Assembly (NCBI RefSeq): GCF_039654945.1
Contig: NW_027361788.1
Location: forward strand, 5,642,001-5,706,000
Length of the DNA: 64,000 nt
Direction: 5' to 3'
From: Dendrobates tinctorius
Lineage: Eukaryota
A model generated the notes under the pieces. That model was not told the origin of the DNA, made no database searches, and worked only from the letters and a program-made list of their open reading frames with translations. The translations under genes and the position numbers were made by a program. Shown piece by piece: positions 37,060-49,859 of this stretch; the first letter of the stretch is position 1, and each line of letters opens with the position of its first letter.

Positions 37060-38397
37060 GAGTCTGGACTGGCTTACTGAGACTGAAAAATATACGAAGA
37101 TTTCAAAGTACCCCAACAATGTATACGTGGTGTACGCTTCGAATACATTTCCCTTTTTCTACTTTTTATATTTAGCCTGTGAGTGTCTGTGTCTGACTCC
37201 GGAAATATAGACGGAAATTTACAATTACCCCTAGACTGGATACACCTGGTATCTGCTGATACAGTACCTTTGTTCTAAATGTTTTATTACGGCATAATCC
37301 ATACTGAGTGAGCGTGTGTGGTTTCTTCCTTCTGTATATAAAAATTTTACCCTATACTATATACAGCTTCTACTGTATCTTGTTATACAGTACCTTTGTT
37401 CAACATTTAGTATTACGGTCAAATCCATACTGAGAGAGCCTCTGAGGGTGACTACGGGAATATCTACACGGATATTTAAATTGTACCCTATATATATACC
37501 TGCTATCTTGTTATCCAGTACCTTTTTTCAACATTTTGTATTATGGTCAAATCCAGACTGAGTGAGCGTCTGAGGGTGACTCCGGAAATATATACCGAGA
37601 TTTCAAATTTGCCCAACACTGTATACAGCTCTACGCTTCTGATACAGTACCCTTTTTTGCTATTTAGATTCTGGTGTAATCCATAATGAGCCTGTGAACG
37701 TCTGTCTGTTACTCCGAAAATATATTTGGAGATTTAAGATTACACCAACACTGTATACAGCTGTACGCTTGTGATACATTACCCATTTACTGCTTTTTAT
37801 ATTCTGGTATAATCCATACTGAGCCAGTGAGAGTCTGTTTCTGACTATGGAAATATATATGGAGATTTACAATGCCCCTATAGTGTATACAGCTGTACGC
37901 TTCTGATCCATTACCCTTTTACTGCTTTTTATATTGTGGTGTAATCCATACTGGGCCTGAGAGCATCTGTGTCTGCCTCCTCAAATATATACTGAGATTT
38001 AGAATGTTTAAACTATACTATATATACCTATTATCTGCTGATACTGTACCCTTTGTCAAATTTCTATATTCTTGTCGAATCCATACTGGGCCTGAGAGCG
38101 TCTGTGTCTGCCTCCGGAAATACATACGGATATTTTTTCTACTTTCACTAAACTATATATACCTTGTATCTGATACAGTACCCTTTGAGCCAGAAAGTCC
38201 TCCTCCACCCACCACTCTAAGTGCATCATTGACACCTGGAACATTGGCCCACATGTGTGATTATTTCTTGCAGATCTTCTTTTTGTATTATGGTTTGATC
38301 CATACTGATCCTGTGAGAGTCTGTGTGTTACTCATTAAATATATATGTAGATTTAAAAATTACACTAACACTGTATACAGCTGTATGCTTGTGATAC
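37060..38397. repeat. Degenerate ~130-bp tandem array (continues 41518-41815)
   Basis: ATCCATACTGAG and ATACAGCTGTACGCTT recur; related to the 30060-31680 array. Confidence 0.82.
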
Positions 38398-39290
38398 TGT
38401 TAGGAACGGCAGAACGCACTTATTAAAAATAATAATAAAGTGTGTTCGTCGCTCGGGGTCCACCGTGCAGTGGATGATATGACTGCTGCTAAGTGGTGGC
38501 AGGCAAGCAATATGGCGGAAATGCGCACGTGGATAAAAACGTCACCCAGGTGCGCAGAGCAATCTCTGTTAAGTCACAGAGGTGCCAACAAAGACAAATA
38601 CAATAAGGCTGAGCCTGTTGGAGTCACAGTACTCAGAGTAAATGCACACATGGTATCTGGTCACAGGAGCAGAGCCAAAGACAGCGGAACTGCGTCCGTC
38701 TAGACCTACCGTGCGTGCGACGTCGCAACTGCGGACGCCAAGGAGGGCTGCAACTGCAGTGCAGTGTAGGACACTGCCGCTAGACGACAAAGCTAGTACG
38801 CAAGCTCAATGTCGGATGCTAGCAACTGTGGATGATGTAGTAGTGGCGCGCTGGTGCTGACTCTAAGCTTAGTACCTGTCCACATACGTAATATCAGAGG
38901 GAAGGGGTTTCAAATGAGTCATTCACCAGAATCATACATCCATCATCATTCACACAGTAGCAACTAGAGACTATACTAGTGCAAGGCGGAACGGCCATAC
39001 GCGCTTTTTATAGCCGTCGGGACCTTCCGGAAGCTTCCAGATCTCTGAGATGGACCAATGAGATCTGGCACAGGACCTGAGCACATGACTCCCGATCTCC
39101 ATTGGGAAATCGTCTCATGAGCATGCTCAGTAGGAGGACAGAGGGACTTAGCCCCTGGAGAGATTTGCTGCAAGGCAATCTCCTCTGCAGTAGATAAACA
39201 GCAAGAGACCGCAGAATGTAAGGGTCTGGATTCCTGCAGAGCAGACGCAGAAACCTGACGCCTAACATTACCCCCCCTCCTAGGGCCTCC

Positions 39291-40616
39291 TCATCCCTGA
39301 GCCTTCCGATCCACCACCTTGTGCCCATCAGGGGCATAGGCCTCAGACCCATCCGAAGGCAAGTCTGATGTCCCAGTAGGTGACATGGAAAACCGGGACA
39401 CGTGGAAGGCATCAGAGGCGGCAAGGTCGCCAGGTTTGAGAAGGGAAGCGTGGGAGACAACGGGGGCGGCAAAATCGCCAGGAGCAGAAGCTGAAGTGGA
39501 ACGCCGCAGTGTGTCGGCTGGTGTCTCCACTCTCTGTTTAAGGAAGCTATTCCGAGCACAAAAAGCGCAGGCCCGAATATTCTTTTTAATGTCCCGAGCC
39601 CTGTGCTGCCACCAATACGACCCCGCCAGGAGTTTTGTGGTCTGCATGTAGCCACAGTGACCACCCCTCCTGGAGGAGTGTGCCCACGCGAGAACCCTCG
39701 GCCGAAGGCGGGGAGGGACAAAGGTCTTGCCCGGTGGCACAGAGTTTAGCCATTGCGGGGCACTGTTGTCCTGAGAAACAGCATGTTGACAATGGTAACC
39801 GCGAATGGAGTTTTGTGCCGGACGCGCCTCGAGAACGGCGCGAGACACCTCCATGGGCTCTGGAAGTGGAGTCTCTGGCTCGGGTGGTTCCAGAGGCTCA
39901 AAAAAGTTGTGAGTCGAGGTAACCTTACGTTTGGATTGAGCACGCTCCAGGCCGCGCTCCGAAAAACGGAGATCAATGCGGGTGGAAATGGCAATCAGCT
40001 CTTCCAAACTTGCATGAACTTCTCTGGTGGAGAGAGCATCCTTAACATGCTCCACCAAACCTCTCCAAAGCACAGGGATGAGGGCTTTGTCAGACCACTC
40101 CAGCTCGGAAGCCAGTGTCCGAAAATGAATGGCATACTGACTAACCGAGAGGAATCCCAGAGTCAAAGCAAGTAGCTGAAGAGAGGTGTCGTGCGTGACC
40201 CGTGGTCCCACGAAGACCTGCTTAATAGCTGTTAAAAACTGAGCAGTGGTCCGAACCTCTGGGTCACCACGCTCCCATAGTGGCGTAGCCCACTCCAACG
40301 CCTTGCCCGACAGAAGGGAAACAATAAACCCCACCTTGGCCCGTTCTGTAGGGAATCTCGCAGCCAGTAACTCCAGCTGGATAGAGCACTGGTGGATGAA
40401 ACCCCTACAGGAGGCACCATCGGCAGAAAATTTATCTGGCAACGGGAGGCGGGTAACTGTCGGCGCGTGGGAGGACGTGGACATACGTGAAATCGCGTCT
40501 GCGATTGCCTGTGCAGCAGCTTCAGTGGATTTCGCAGCTAAGATAGTACTCTCAAAAGTAGCCAACCGGCCCTCCAGCTGCCAAATATACTGTAAGATTT
40601 GCTGCTGTTCTGCCAT
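39291..40616 (-). CDS. gag: Gag capsid fused in frame to the integrase H2C2 zinc-binding domain (441 aa)
   Basis: LPDKF...CRGFIHQC, AKVGFIVSLLSGKALEW, EPMEV; then VPPGKTFVP...H-x6-H-x29-C-x2-C; tail with HASLLKP and FHVS remnants. Confidence 0.88.
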   Translation of the reverse strand: MAEQQQILQYIWQLEGRLATFESTILAAKSTEAAAQAIADAISRMSTSSHAPTVTRLPLPDKFSADGASCRGFIHQCSIQLELLAARFPTERAKVGFIVSLLSGKALEWATPLWERGDPEVRTTAQFLTAIKQVFVGPRVTHDTSLQLLALTLGFLSVSQYAIHFRTLASELEWSDKALIPVLWRGLVEHVKDALSTREVHASLEELIAISTRIDLRFSERGLERAQSKRKVTSTHNFFEPLEPPEPETPLPEPMEVSRAVLEARPAQNSIRGYHCQHAVSQDNSAPQWLNSVPPGKTFVPPRLRPRVLAWAHSSRRGGHCGYMQTTKLLAGSYWWQHRARDIKKNIRACAFCARNSFLKQRVETPADTLRRSTSASAPGDFAAPVVSHASLLKPGDLAASDAFHVSRFSMSPTGTSDLPSDGSEAYAPDGHKVVDRKAQG

Positions 40617-40632
40617 CACTAGCCAGACCCTG

Positions 40633-40643
40633 GCGCTAGTATA
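40633..40643 (-). promoter_or_regulatory. Putative self-priming primer-binding site
   Basis: Minus-strand TATACTAGCGC next to the 5' LTR is complementary (10/11) to the LTR sequence starting 29-30 nt downstream of the TATA box. Confidence 0.75.
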
Positions 40644-41250
40644 ATGTTAGGAACGGCGGAACGCACTAAATAAAAATAATAATAAAGTGCGTTTGCCGCT
40701 CGGGGTCCACCGTGCAGTAGATGATATGGCTGCTGCTAAGTGGTGGCAGGCAAGCAATATGGCGGAAATGTGCACGTGGGTTAAACGTCACCCAGGTGCG
40801 CAGAGCAATCTCTGTTAAGTCACAGAGGTGCCAACAAAGACAAATACAATAAGGCTGAGCCTGTTGGAGTCACAGTACTCAGAGTAAATGCACACACGAT
40901 ATCTGGTCACAGGAGCAGAGCCAAAGACAGCGGAACTGCGTCCGTCTAGACCTACCGTGCATGCGACGTCGCAACTGGGGACGCCAAGGAGGGCTGCAAC
41001 TGCAGCGCGGCGTAGGACACTGCCGCTAGACGACAAAGCTAGTACGCAAGCACAATGTCGGATGCTAGCAACTGTGGATGATGTAGTAGTGGCGCGCTGG
41101 CGCTGACTCTAAGCTTAGTCCCTGTCCACATACGTAATATCAGAGGGAAGGGGTTTCAAATGAGTCATTCACCAGAATCATACATCCATCATCATTCACA
41201 CAGTAGCAACTAGAGACTATACTAGAGCATGGCGGAACGGCCATACGCGC

Positions 41251-41257
41251 TTTTATA
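41251..41257 (-). promoter_or_regulatory. LTR TATA box
   Basis: TATAAAA in both LTRs (also 39005-39012). Confidence 0.7.
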
Positions 41258-41785
41258 GCCGCCGGGACCTTCAGGAAGCTTCCAGATCTCCGAGATGGAC
41301 CAATGAGATCTGGAGCAGGACCTGAGCACATGACTCCCAATCTCCAATAGGAAATCATCTCATGAGCATGCTCAGTAGGAGGACAGAGGGACTTAGCCCC
41401 TGGAGAGATTTGCTGCAAGGCAATCTCCTCTGCAGTAGATAAACAGCAAGAGACCGCAGAATGTAAGGGTCTGGATTCCTGCAGAGCAGACGCAGAAACC
41501 TGACGCCTAACAGATACATTACCCACTAACAGCTTTTAATATTCTTGTCTAATCCATACTGGGCCTGAGAGCGTTTGTGTCTGCCTCCTGAAATATATAT
41601 GGAGATTCAGAATGTTTAAACTATACTATATATGCCTTGCATCTGGTGATACTGTACCCTTTTTCAACTTTTCATATTATTGTGTAATCCATACTGAGCC
41701 TGTGAGCATCTGTGTATGACTCATGAAATATATACGGAGATTTACAATTATCCCTAGACTGTATAGAGCTGTACACTTCTGATAC

Positions 41786-42253
41786 AGTACCATATATCTG
41801 CTGGTATGTTGGGTACATTTTCACAAAAATTAGTAAGTATGGTGGAAGAGGCCGCAGACGTGGGCGTGGGGGGCCAGCTGGTACTGATGGTGGTGGTGGT
41901 GCATCTGCTGGTAGTGCCAAAAGCACAATAGCAGCTAAGGAAGGAGGTGTTGAGCCTGCGTCATGGTCTGGCTCCGGAAGGCCTGTAAGGCTCCCTTTTC
42001 TGGGAGTAGGTAAACTGCTTTTAAAGCCGGAGCATCAGGAACTGGTTTTGCCTTACATTGCTGAAACAGTCTCCAGCTCTATCGCCTCCTCTTCTGAAGT
42101 TTCAAAAAATGCAAGCACTCAGTTGTCAGTGCAGGCTTCTGGTCAGGAGCAACACCTTTCCTTGGGTCCTTCACCCACACCAAAAGTGAAGGATGCGGCA
42201 GCCCACACTTCAGATTTCTCCATGGAGCTCTTTTCACATACCATGCCTGGGTT
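41786..42253 (+). pseudogene. Second, diverged copy of the 5' end of the hAT ORF
   Basis: Matches 31640-32105; ATG mutated; ends at SHTMPG. Confidence 0.9.
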
Positions 42254-42254
42254 T

Positions 42255-42870
42255 ATTCTAAATGGGGCACATTATATATGGAGCATTATTTGGGCCCATA
42301 AGACACTGGAGCATCATCCATGGGGCCCATCATATACTAGAGCATTCTAAATGGGGCAGATTATATATGGAGCGTTATTTGGGCCCATAAGACAATGGAG
42401 TATCATCCATGAGGCTCATCATATACTGGAGCATTCCAAATGGGGGACATCAGACACTGGTGCAGCATTTACGGGGCCCATTATACACTGGAACATTAGA
42501 AATGGGGCTCATTATATATGGAGCATTATTTGGGCCCATAAGACACTGGAGCATCATCCATGGGGCCCTTCATATACTGGAGCATTCTAAATGGGGCAGA
42601 TCAGACACTGGAGCAGCATCTAAGGGGCCCATTATACACTGGAGCATTAGAAATGGGGCCCATTATATATGGAGCATTATTTGGGCCCATAACACACTGG
42701 AGCATCATCCATGGAGACCATCATATACTGTAGCATTATGTGGAGCTCATCATATACTGTATGGAACATTATAGGGGACCAATTATTCTATATGGAGAAA
42801 TATATGTGGCTCATTATTCTGTATGGCGCACTATGTGGTGGCCATAATACTGTATGGAGTAATATACTGT
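42255..42870. repeat. ~30-bp tandem repeat with ~151-bp higher-order period
   Basis: GGGCCCATAA at 42292, 42381, 42532, 42683. Confidence 0.88.
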
Positions 42871-43384
42871 CCGTTTTTTGAGCTATTGTAGAATTTAAAA
42901 TAGATATCAGTCATGTCATGTAAGAAGTGAAGTATTTTTCATTGTACTATACCTATATTTCTGTGCCGTATCGGAGCATCATGAATTGTGGTATGTGTTA
43001 AAGGGGCGCACTGACACTCTTTGGCCCGGGTCACACGAAAACCAGGAGCCAGCCCTACCCCCCCACAACTTTAGCCAAATAACCCCCAGTTTTCAATGCT
43101 TAACTATTATTATAAAGTAAATTAAGGTTGACAAGCTTAAGTAATAAGAATTGATGTTGTTGGCATTGAAATGGGCACTGTAGGTGTGTTTACTGTCCTC
43201 CACTCCCTTCTGACTTTGCTTCCCCATTGACGTGCATTGGGTTTCGTGTTTCAGTCGGATCTCCGAGTTTTCCCCTATAGTCGGCCGATTTCGTTCGACT
43301 CGACTTTTGAGAAAGTCGGGTTTCATGAAACCCGACTCGACCCTAAAAAAGGTAAAGTCTCTCATCTCTAGTCAAGATGAGTTT

Positions 43385-43690
43385 GTCATCGGCTGCTGTG
43401 CTCTGCATTATCAGCAACCAAGATAACAAAGTTCAGAATCATGAAGTGAGCTTTGTCATCTATGTATTCACTGCCTATGCTGAGTGCAACAGCCGATGAC
43501 CATCTTTTCTCAACTGCTGCACTCTACATAGGTAACAACCAAGATGACAAAGTTCAGTATCATGAAGTGAGCTTTGCAATGTTTGTAGCCACTGCCTGTG
43601 CTGAGTGCAGCAGCCGATGACCATCTTTTCTCGACTACTGCGCTCTACATAGGCAGCAACCAAGATGATAAAGGTTGAGAGATGCACTTT
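43385..43690. repeat. ~121-bp degenerate tandem repeat
   Basis: CAACCAAGAT recurs at about 43414, 43536, 43657. Confidence 0.7.
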
Positions 43691-44957
43691 TCAATCATGC
43701 ACAGTAGACATGTGCTCCATGGTGTTCTCCCATAACTTTCTGCCTCTACAGTCACTTATAATTGAGTGGAAAAACAGAGGGGTACTGGTAGAGGTGAGAC
43801 AAATATAAAAAATGGGCCATATAAAAAAAAAAACTGATGGAAAAAGAAATGTTATGTTTTTACACACTTTTTCCAACTCTAGCTAGAGTTAAGATCGGAG
43901 AAGGAGAATGGTCTAAATAGTTACATAAAAAAAACACAAAAATGTAATAAATAGTTAAAACACTTATAACAATTTAGAGTTTAAGGGAAAACTAGAATTG
44001 CATTGGTATTTTCTTAAATATAATAAATGTGCTTGAGGGAAAGGAGTTCAATTCTGGACTGGTGGAAGGAATCAGGAGGTGCTCACGAATCACGACCCAT
44101 GGGCTAATGAGTCACAAAATACCTGCCTTGCCCCAGATGCTGGTGACCTGTCTTACACCACCGGTGTCACTTATCGGTTGCACAAAAATAAAAAAAAAGA
44201 ACACTGAGTAGCTGGTTCATCATGATTGGCGTGTTGTATGACAGTTTTGATCCAGGGTGCACTGGAGCAAAATGCACCAAATTTATAGGAGGCCTAAATC
44301 TCTTAATGAATTTACTGCATCTTAATTTACTACACTTTTTTGGCAAATTAATTTGACCACTTGACCACAAACACGCTAATAAGCTCCACACACTTTTCAA
44401 AAAGTTGGCAAAACTGGTGTAGAAATGCCAAAAATTGCTAAATTTTCTGACATTTCTAATAGTTTTGCATCAAATTTCTGGCGCCAACTGATGGTTTGAC
44501 CCCATAATTGCTTGTAGATATTTATTCCAAACTCTATCTTCTGCTTTCACAATTTTCACCTCGGGTAAGGCAAGCTGAATGTTTATACTGAGTAAAGTTT
44601 TAAAATAAAGGAGAAATTTTTGCAATCACATATAGTTTTGATGAAGTTTATTAAGCCAAACTTAGAAATGTATTCAAATGGAACACAAAATATAAAGGGC
44701 GGACGGACATAGTCAGATTGCCCATAGCTGGGTCAAAAAATGCCGCATGCAATGTTTTAGGATCGCGCTCTAGAACAGGTCGCCCACAACACCTGATATT
44801 CTGGACACTAGGAAAGATCTGATAGAAATTTTTGTGATCAGTTTTGGCATCAGTTTCCTCCTTGTGTTCTACTACCACACCAGATGGAAAAAAAGAAAGA
44901 TGGCCGTATGCGTGGTTAAAATGCAATAAAAAGAAAAGTACTACTTCTTCAAACTTA

Positions 44958-45263
44958 TGGTGTCCCATACACATTAGACTAACATCTTCCAAACACTCCA
45001 GTATTGGTGGCTCGGCTGCCAGTCTAATGTGTATGGAGGCTCCCGTGACAGATGATGGTGGGAAGGATATGGATTCTGCATGATTTCAAATTGCCGATTC
45101 TTTTGTTCTTGGTGAGATAAGCCACCGACAGAGGAGTCTGACACCGGCTTTTTCATAGTGAACCCAGCATCACTATTGCGTTTGCTGAAGTTGGGAGAGA
45201 GAGATCTGTCGGCCAAACCATTGTTTAACTAGCAGCTACGGTATCTGCTGTGCATGGAGGACT
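44958..45263. mobile_element. Degenerate Harbinger-like MITE
   Basis: CCCATACACATTAGACT with an inverted copy AGTCTAATGTGTATGG and a decayed distal TIR. Confidence 0.4.
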
Positions 45264-46365
45264 TTTTTGTTTTGGAAAAAATTCCTATGGTTAGGGTCCT
45301 TCAGAAAAAATTTTATGTAAGTCAATATTCTTTTGTGGGAATAAGTGTGAAATGCAAATTAAAAACATTAGTTGATTATTTTTTTAGAATTTTTTACTTT
45401 TGGCAAAGTAAACCGTCACTGTCATATGTTTCTATAACTGCAGACAAAAATGTCTCAAGAGCTTTTCCAGTGACTAATACTTTGCAAATCTGTGTTTCCC
45501 CACCACGTTTCCTTTTTAGCTAAGTGCTAAATAAAATCTCACATCCGAGTTTTAACTTATAGATTCATCATCTAGGCTCTCGATTCTATCTAACCATATG
45601 ACGTGAACGTTATGGAAATACTGCAGATTTCCCCTTTTCTTGTGACAAACTTCTCCTTTTGATTTTATCTAGTGAGCCGATCTCGAAGGCTGTATGTTTG
45701 GCACAAGTTTGTATTACTGAAACGTGACAATTTGAGACAACTGCAAAAGACTGATCATGACACTTCTACTTCCCATTCATGATATAGCCCAGTTAAATCT
45801 CTCTCAGACATTAAACAAGATATTTTAGGTCTACCATAGTAACTCCGTGCAATTTTTAAAAAATATTTTGATTATGAGAGCTTATTGACACTGAGTCCAG
45901 ACAACCCTTTGTCCAGTCAGAAGCAATTCACAAACCATTATTTCAGCAATGACTTCTTTCCTTTTATATTTCATGACACCAAGAACAACCTTCTTGCATG
46001 TCATCCTGCAAGAGGATAGAGTTGTCAATCAGAGGGGACTATTCAACTAACCTGATGAAGGATGTTACACGCTAGGATGGTTTTCCCTCCAAGTTTGTAG
46101 ATGGGTTTGTGTCCATGATTGTTTTGTATCTTGCCATTGGGAAGAGGTCTGAGCCTACTGAGCCTCCAAGGAGCATGTCATTAGACTGAAGGACAGGTTA
46201 GAGAGTAATTAAAGTGGAATGAAGTCCATTTAGCTGCAGTGTCAGGACAGTGAGAAAAAAAAAAAGAGAGGTCCTACAAAAAGAAGTCCTCAAAGGTGGG
46301 CACTCAGAGCTACAGAAAGAGCTACATATGTCGGTTTGAGAGACTATTTGCAAGATGCTTTATAT

Positions 46366-47362
46366 TGTTAGGAGCAGTGGGATAAAGATCACGGTTGCAG
46401 ACAGTGTGACCTCAACCAAGACCTGGTGGATGTGGGGACAGATGTGAGGGAGGGCCAGGGCCATAGTCGTGGCTGAGATTATCTGTTCTTGCGCGCCCTG
46501 GCCTATCATTACATGCAGATAACGTCCTATTGTCAATGTACTTGCCTCTTTATTCTCTGCACCGTCAGGGCCTTCTCTCCGTTGCTTAAGGTCCCCTAAG
46601 GTCGCTTGCGTACAAACAGAAACAGAGTCCAGTTGCAACTTGAAAGATAAAACTTTACTTTCTTCTTTGCACAGCACATCCTTATCAGACACAGAATTTG
46701 CATAGGTTCCATAAAGCTCACATTCTCCACTTTGCGTGCTCTCTTTCCTTGGTCCCTAAGTAAGTGCTCGGGTCGTACCAGCTCTTGTGGTAACACAGCA
46801 TCCTCCCTGTCCAGACTCACTATGCTTGGGGATTCCCTTGTCCGTTTCACCCCAGATCTAAGGGCGTCAGCCCATGCGATGATCTGCCACATGTTGAGCA
46901 ACCTGAGTCCCCACACTGCTGAGACCCCGCTGTAACCTCTGCTTCACCACTGATGTACCCAGTGCTGGTTCAGCTAAACTTCTGCCCAATAGGCCCTGTA
47001 TGGCTGGGTCCATTTGTTACAAACATTGTGGAGCTACTGGGTAGCTCGGGCTTCAAGCACACCTGAGCTGTACGGGCTCCCTAGTCCCTCTGAACTAACT
47101 AGGAAACTGTTCCTGCCTTACCCCCCAGTTAACTCCTCCTACAGTTAACTATATACACTACTTATTATATCAAGGTGTCATGTGCCCCCTCTAGTGGGCC
47201 GAACAGGGTCCTAAGCTTTCCCTATGTTAAAACATTATATATTCCTATACACACAACAAAACATATATATATATACAGTATATATACACAGTTATACATA
47301 AAGGCAATATTTACATAAAGGAATGGAGAAGAGTATTACACAGTCCCGGTACACCCCTTACA
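46366..47362 (-). mobile_element. Solo-LTR-like element related to 1591-3129
   Basis: Ends CCCCTTACA; shared blocks with 1591-3129; left boundary uncertain and no TSD found. Confidence 0.5.
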
Positions 47363-47519
47363 CAGACATAGTTGAAATTGTGCACAGAGGACATCAGGAG
47401 AGACATCACTTCATTGCACCACCTGCACACTAGCAACAGACTACAGGGAAGGAAGACAACAATACTCACTGTAAGAATGGGGTGAGGTGAAGAATGGGGA
47501 CATCACTATTATACATATG

Positions 47520-47959
47520 AGCAAAGGGGAATTTGCTATTATGTACAGGCACAAATGGGAACTCATTATATGGAGGCACAGAGGGGGACATAACTGATGT
47601 ATATGGTTTATAAATGAAGATTTATCATTGTGTGGAGGCACATATTGGCATTATTATTGTGTGGGGGCAAAGAAAGAGCAATATTATTGTATGGGTCATA
47701 GAAATAGCAATATTATTGTGTGGGGCAAAGAAAGAGCAATATTATTATTTGAAGGCACATAAAGATCAATATTATGGTGTGTGGGCAAAGAAAGAGCTAT
47801 ATTATTGTGTGGGTCATAGAAAGAGCAATATTATTGTGTGGGGGCAAATTGGCATTATTATTGTGGGGGGAAATAAAGAGCAATATTATTATGTGTGGGC
47901 ACAAAGTGGCATTATTGTTGTGTGGGGCACAGTAAGAGCAACATTATTATATGGGACAC
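47520..47959. repeat. ~30-bp ATTATTGTGTGGG tandem repeat (resumes 56784-56960)
   Basis: Direct reading; split by the Gmr1-like element. Confidence 0.85.
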
Positions 47960-48566
47960 TGTGAGGCAGTGACCGGGGTCATATGCAAAGGTCGCTATGT
48001 GTCCCCCAGGATGCGCTAAGAAGCATATTGAGGCCTTGGGAATTCATTGCAGTCATAGGTGTAGCTGTGATTGCAAAGCAGAATAAAAGTGAGTGTTAGT
48101 CTTGGACAAGCTATTTGTACAAGGCAGATTAGAAAAACCTGCCATGGGCTTTTATTTTTTAAACGAACTACAGGAAGGTAGCAGGGCGGTACATTTCCTA
48201 CCCCGGCCCGGGTTTTCCATGTGGCCTACGACCACAGGTTCTTTGTAAAAAAAAAACCCTGCAGCAGAGGGTTGGGTGTGTCAGTGTGGAGTTTGCAAGG
48301 TGCAGATCACATGGCTCTGCAAAAGCTCAGCCTGTGTGAGGGAACACACCACAAAGCAGAGCAAACTCCTGGCACCCCACAACCTAATACAGTGGTTCAG
48401 TCACCCTCAGCAACCGGCCGCATTTACGGACTGTCATGTTTCCCGGCTGCGATCCAGAGGATACCGTTTCTTTTGTTGTAAGTTTTTGGACATTAAACCT
48501 ACGTTTACTTTGAACTTTCCTGGGTTACTGCCTCATCACTGCACAGTGAGGACACCGCTGCACTAC

Positions 48567-49852
48567 TGGGTCGTCCTCACACACCGAGGGCAGCGGGGTA
48601 CTCGGTACCGGGCCGGTGTCAAGGCGGGAATGTGTCACAGCAGCGATGACCCGGTCCGTGGCCCTGGGCGCCCAATATCAATGGCGGTGATGTTAATGGT
48701 GTTAAAGTTTATTAGAATAGTTTGTGACGCCACATGTGGTGTTTGGCAAGTAAGATGTTGAGCCAACGCTGCATGCAGATCCGCTGAGACTGATGGTGTG
48801 GTGCAGCAAAGATGGTGTAGCTCCCCACAGGTGGAGCTGTGGTCCCAGGGCAGTGTAGGTGCAATGGATGAGGAGAGGCGCAGAATGGTATAGATGTTGT
48901 TACCCAGGTGTAGCGGTGCTGGAATAACTGGAGGACACCAGGGTGTGCGGTTCCAAGGCTTTACTCACTGTTTGCAGTTCACATACACGCCTCCCTCCGT
49001 ACTGTGTTCTCCAGGTCAGGGCTCCAGCCAACCTCCAGGCCAGATAGGGTTCTCCCTTCCACACTCCGCCAATATGTACCTTCACTGAATGACTCCACCA
49101 ATGCGCCTTTAGGTGCGAAGCACTCCAGTACTTAGTTACCCTGGAATGCCTCTCTCTAGGTGTTCCTAGTCTCTACTTGTATGACAGACAGCTGGAGCCT
49201 GCTTCGGGGACTCCTCACTGCGTCCCAGCTCTCTATTCAGTTGCTGTTGTGTCCCAAGTCTATGATGGGAGCAAGGCGTTAGTGGCTCACTACTCCTCCG
49301 GTGTCTGTTGCCGGACATAATGATCCAATCAACCTCGGGGACCGGGCCCCGGCCTTTGCGCTCTGGACTGGAAGGGTTCTATATCTTTCTTCAACCAACT
49401 TCCCACCATCCTTCTATTCTCCTTCGTTCCGATCTGTTCTATCTCTCTTATGGAAGATTAGGTTATCAATCTTTTCAGTCTCTTTCTCTGGTCTTTCTCG
49501 TTCCAGCAGCCCAGATAACTGGGACCTGCTGCAGCACGTCCTTCAGACACCCATCTTCACTCTTCTCTCTCCCTCTCCAACTAACCAACTAACTCTCACT
49601 CTTCCCACTCTTTTGTATCATCTCACTCCACCCGCCTCCCAGCACATCTCGTGTTACGAAGCAGGGTTCCACGAGGGGTGCTCTGCTAACCCCCAGCTTG
49701 AAGCTGTTAGGTGGCCCCACTGAACTATCCTGTGTGTGGAATGCAGGTGTGGAGCGTGGTCAGGAGTTCCCACCTTACCTGGATGGTGGGGCACTACACC
49801 TTAGGAGAAGGTGCAGTACTTCTGTGGTGACTGAAGCCTCAGGGGCGCCACA
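48567..49852 (-). mobile_element. Solo LTR inserted in the last bases of the host 5' LTR
   Basis: TG...GGGGCGCCACA; perfect 4-bp TSD CTAC; same family as 7266-8347. Confidence 0.88.
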
Positions 49853-49859
49853 CTACATA

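Larger units (their letters stand above)
38398..41512 (-). mobile_element. Non-autonomous sushi-type LTR retrotransposon with a single Gag-IN(HHCC) ORF
   Basis: LTRs 38398-39267 and 40645-41512 (TGTTAGG...CCTAACA); perfect TSD GATAC; PPT 39268-39280. Confidence 0.96.
29511..43370 (+). mobile_element. Large decayed hAT transposon (left TIR deleted) with internal satellites and nested elements
   Basis: Right TIR ...TCTCTCATCTCTA at 43370; 29565-29630 matches the left subterminal part of MITE 2526-2981; hAT transposase inside. Confidence 0.82.

Noticed and set aside
39291-40616. Domesticated PEG10/RTL-like host gene
   Set aside because: Flanked by two similar LTRs with a perfect TSD, so it is a recent insertion
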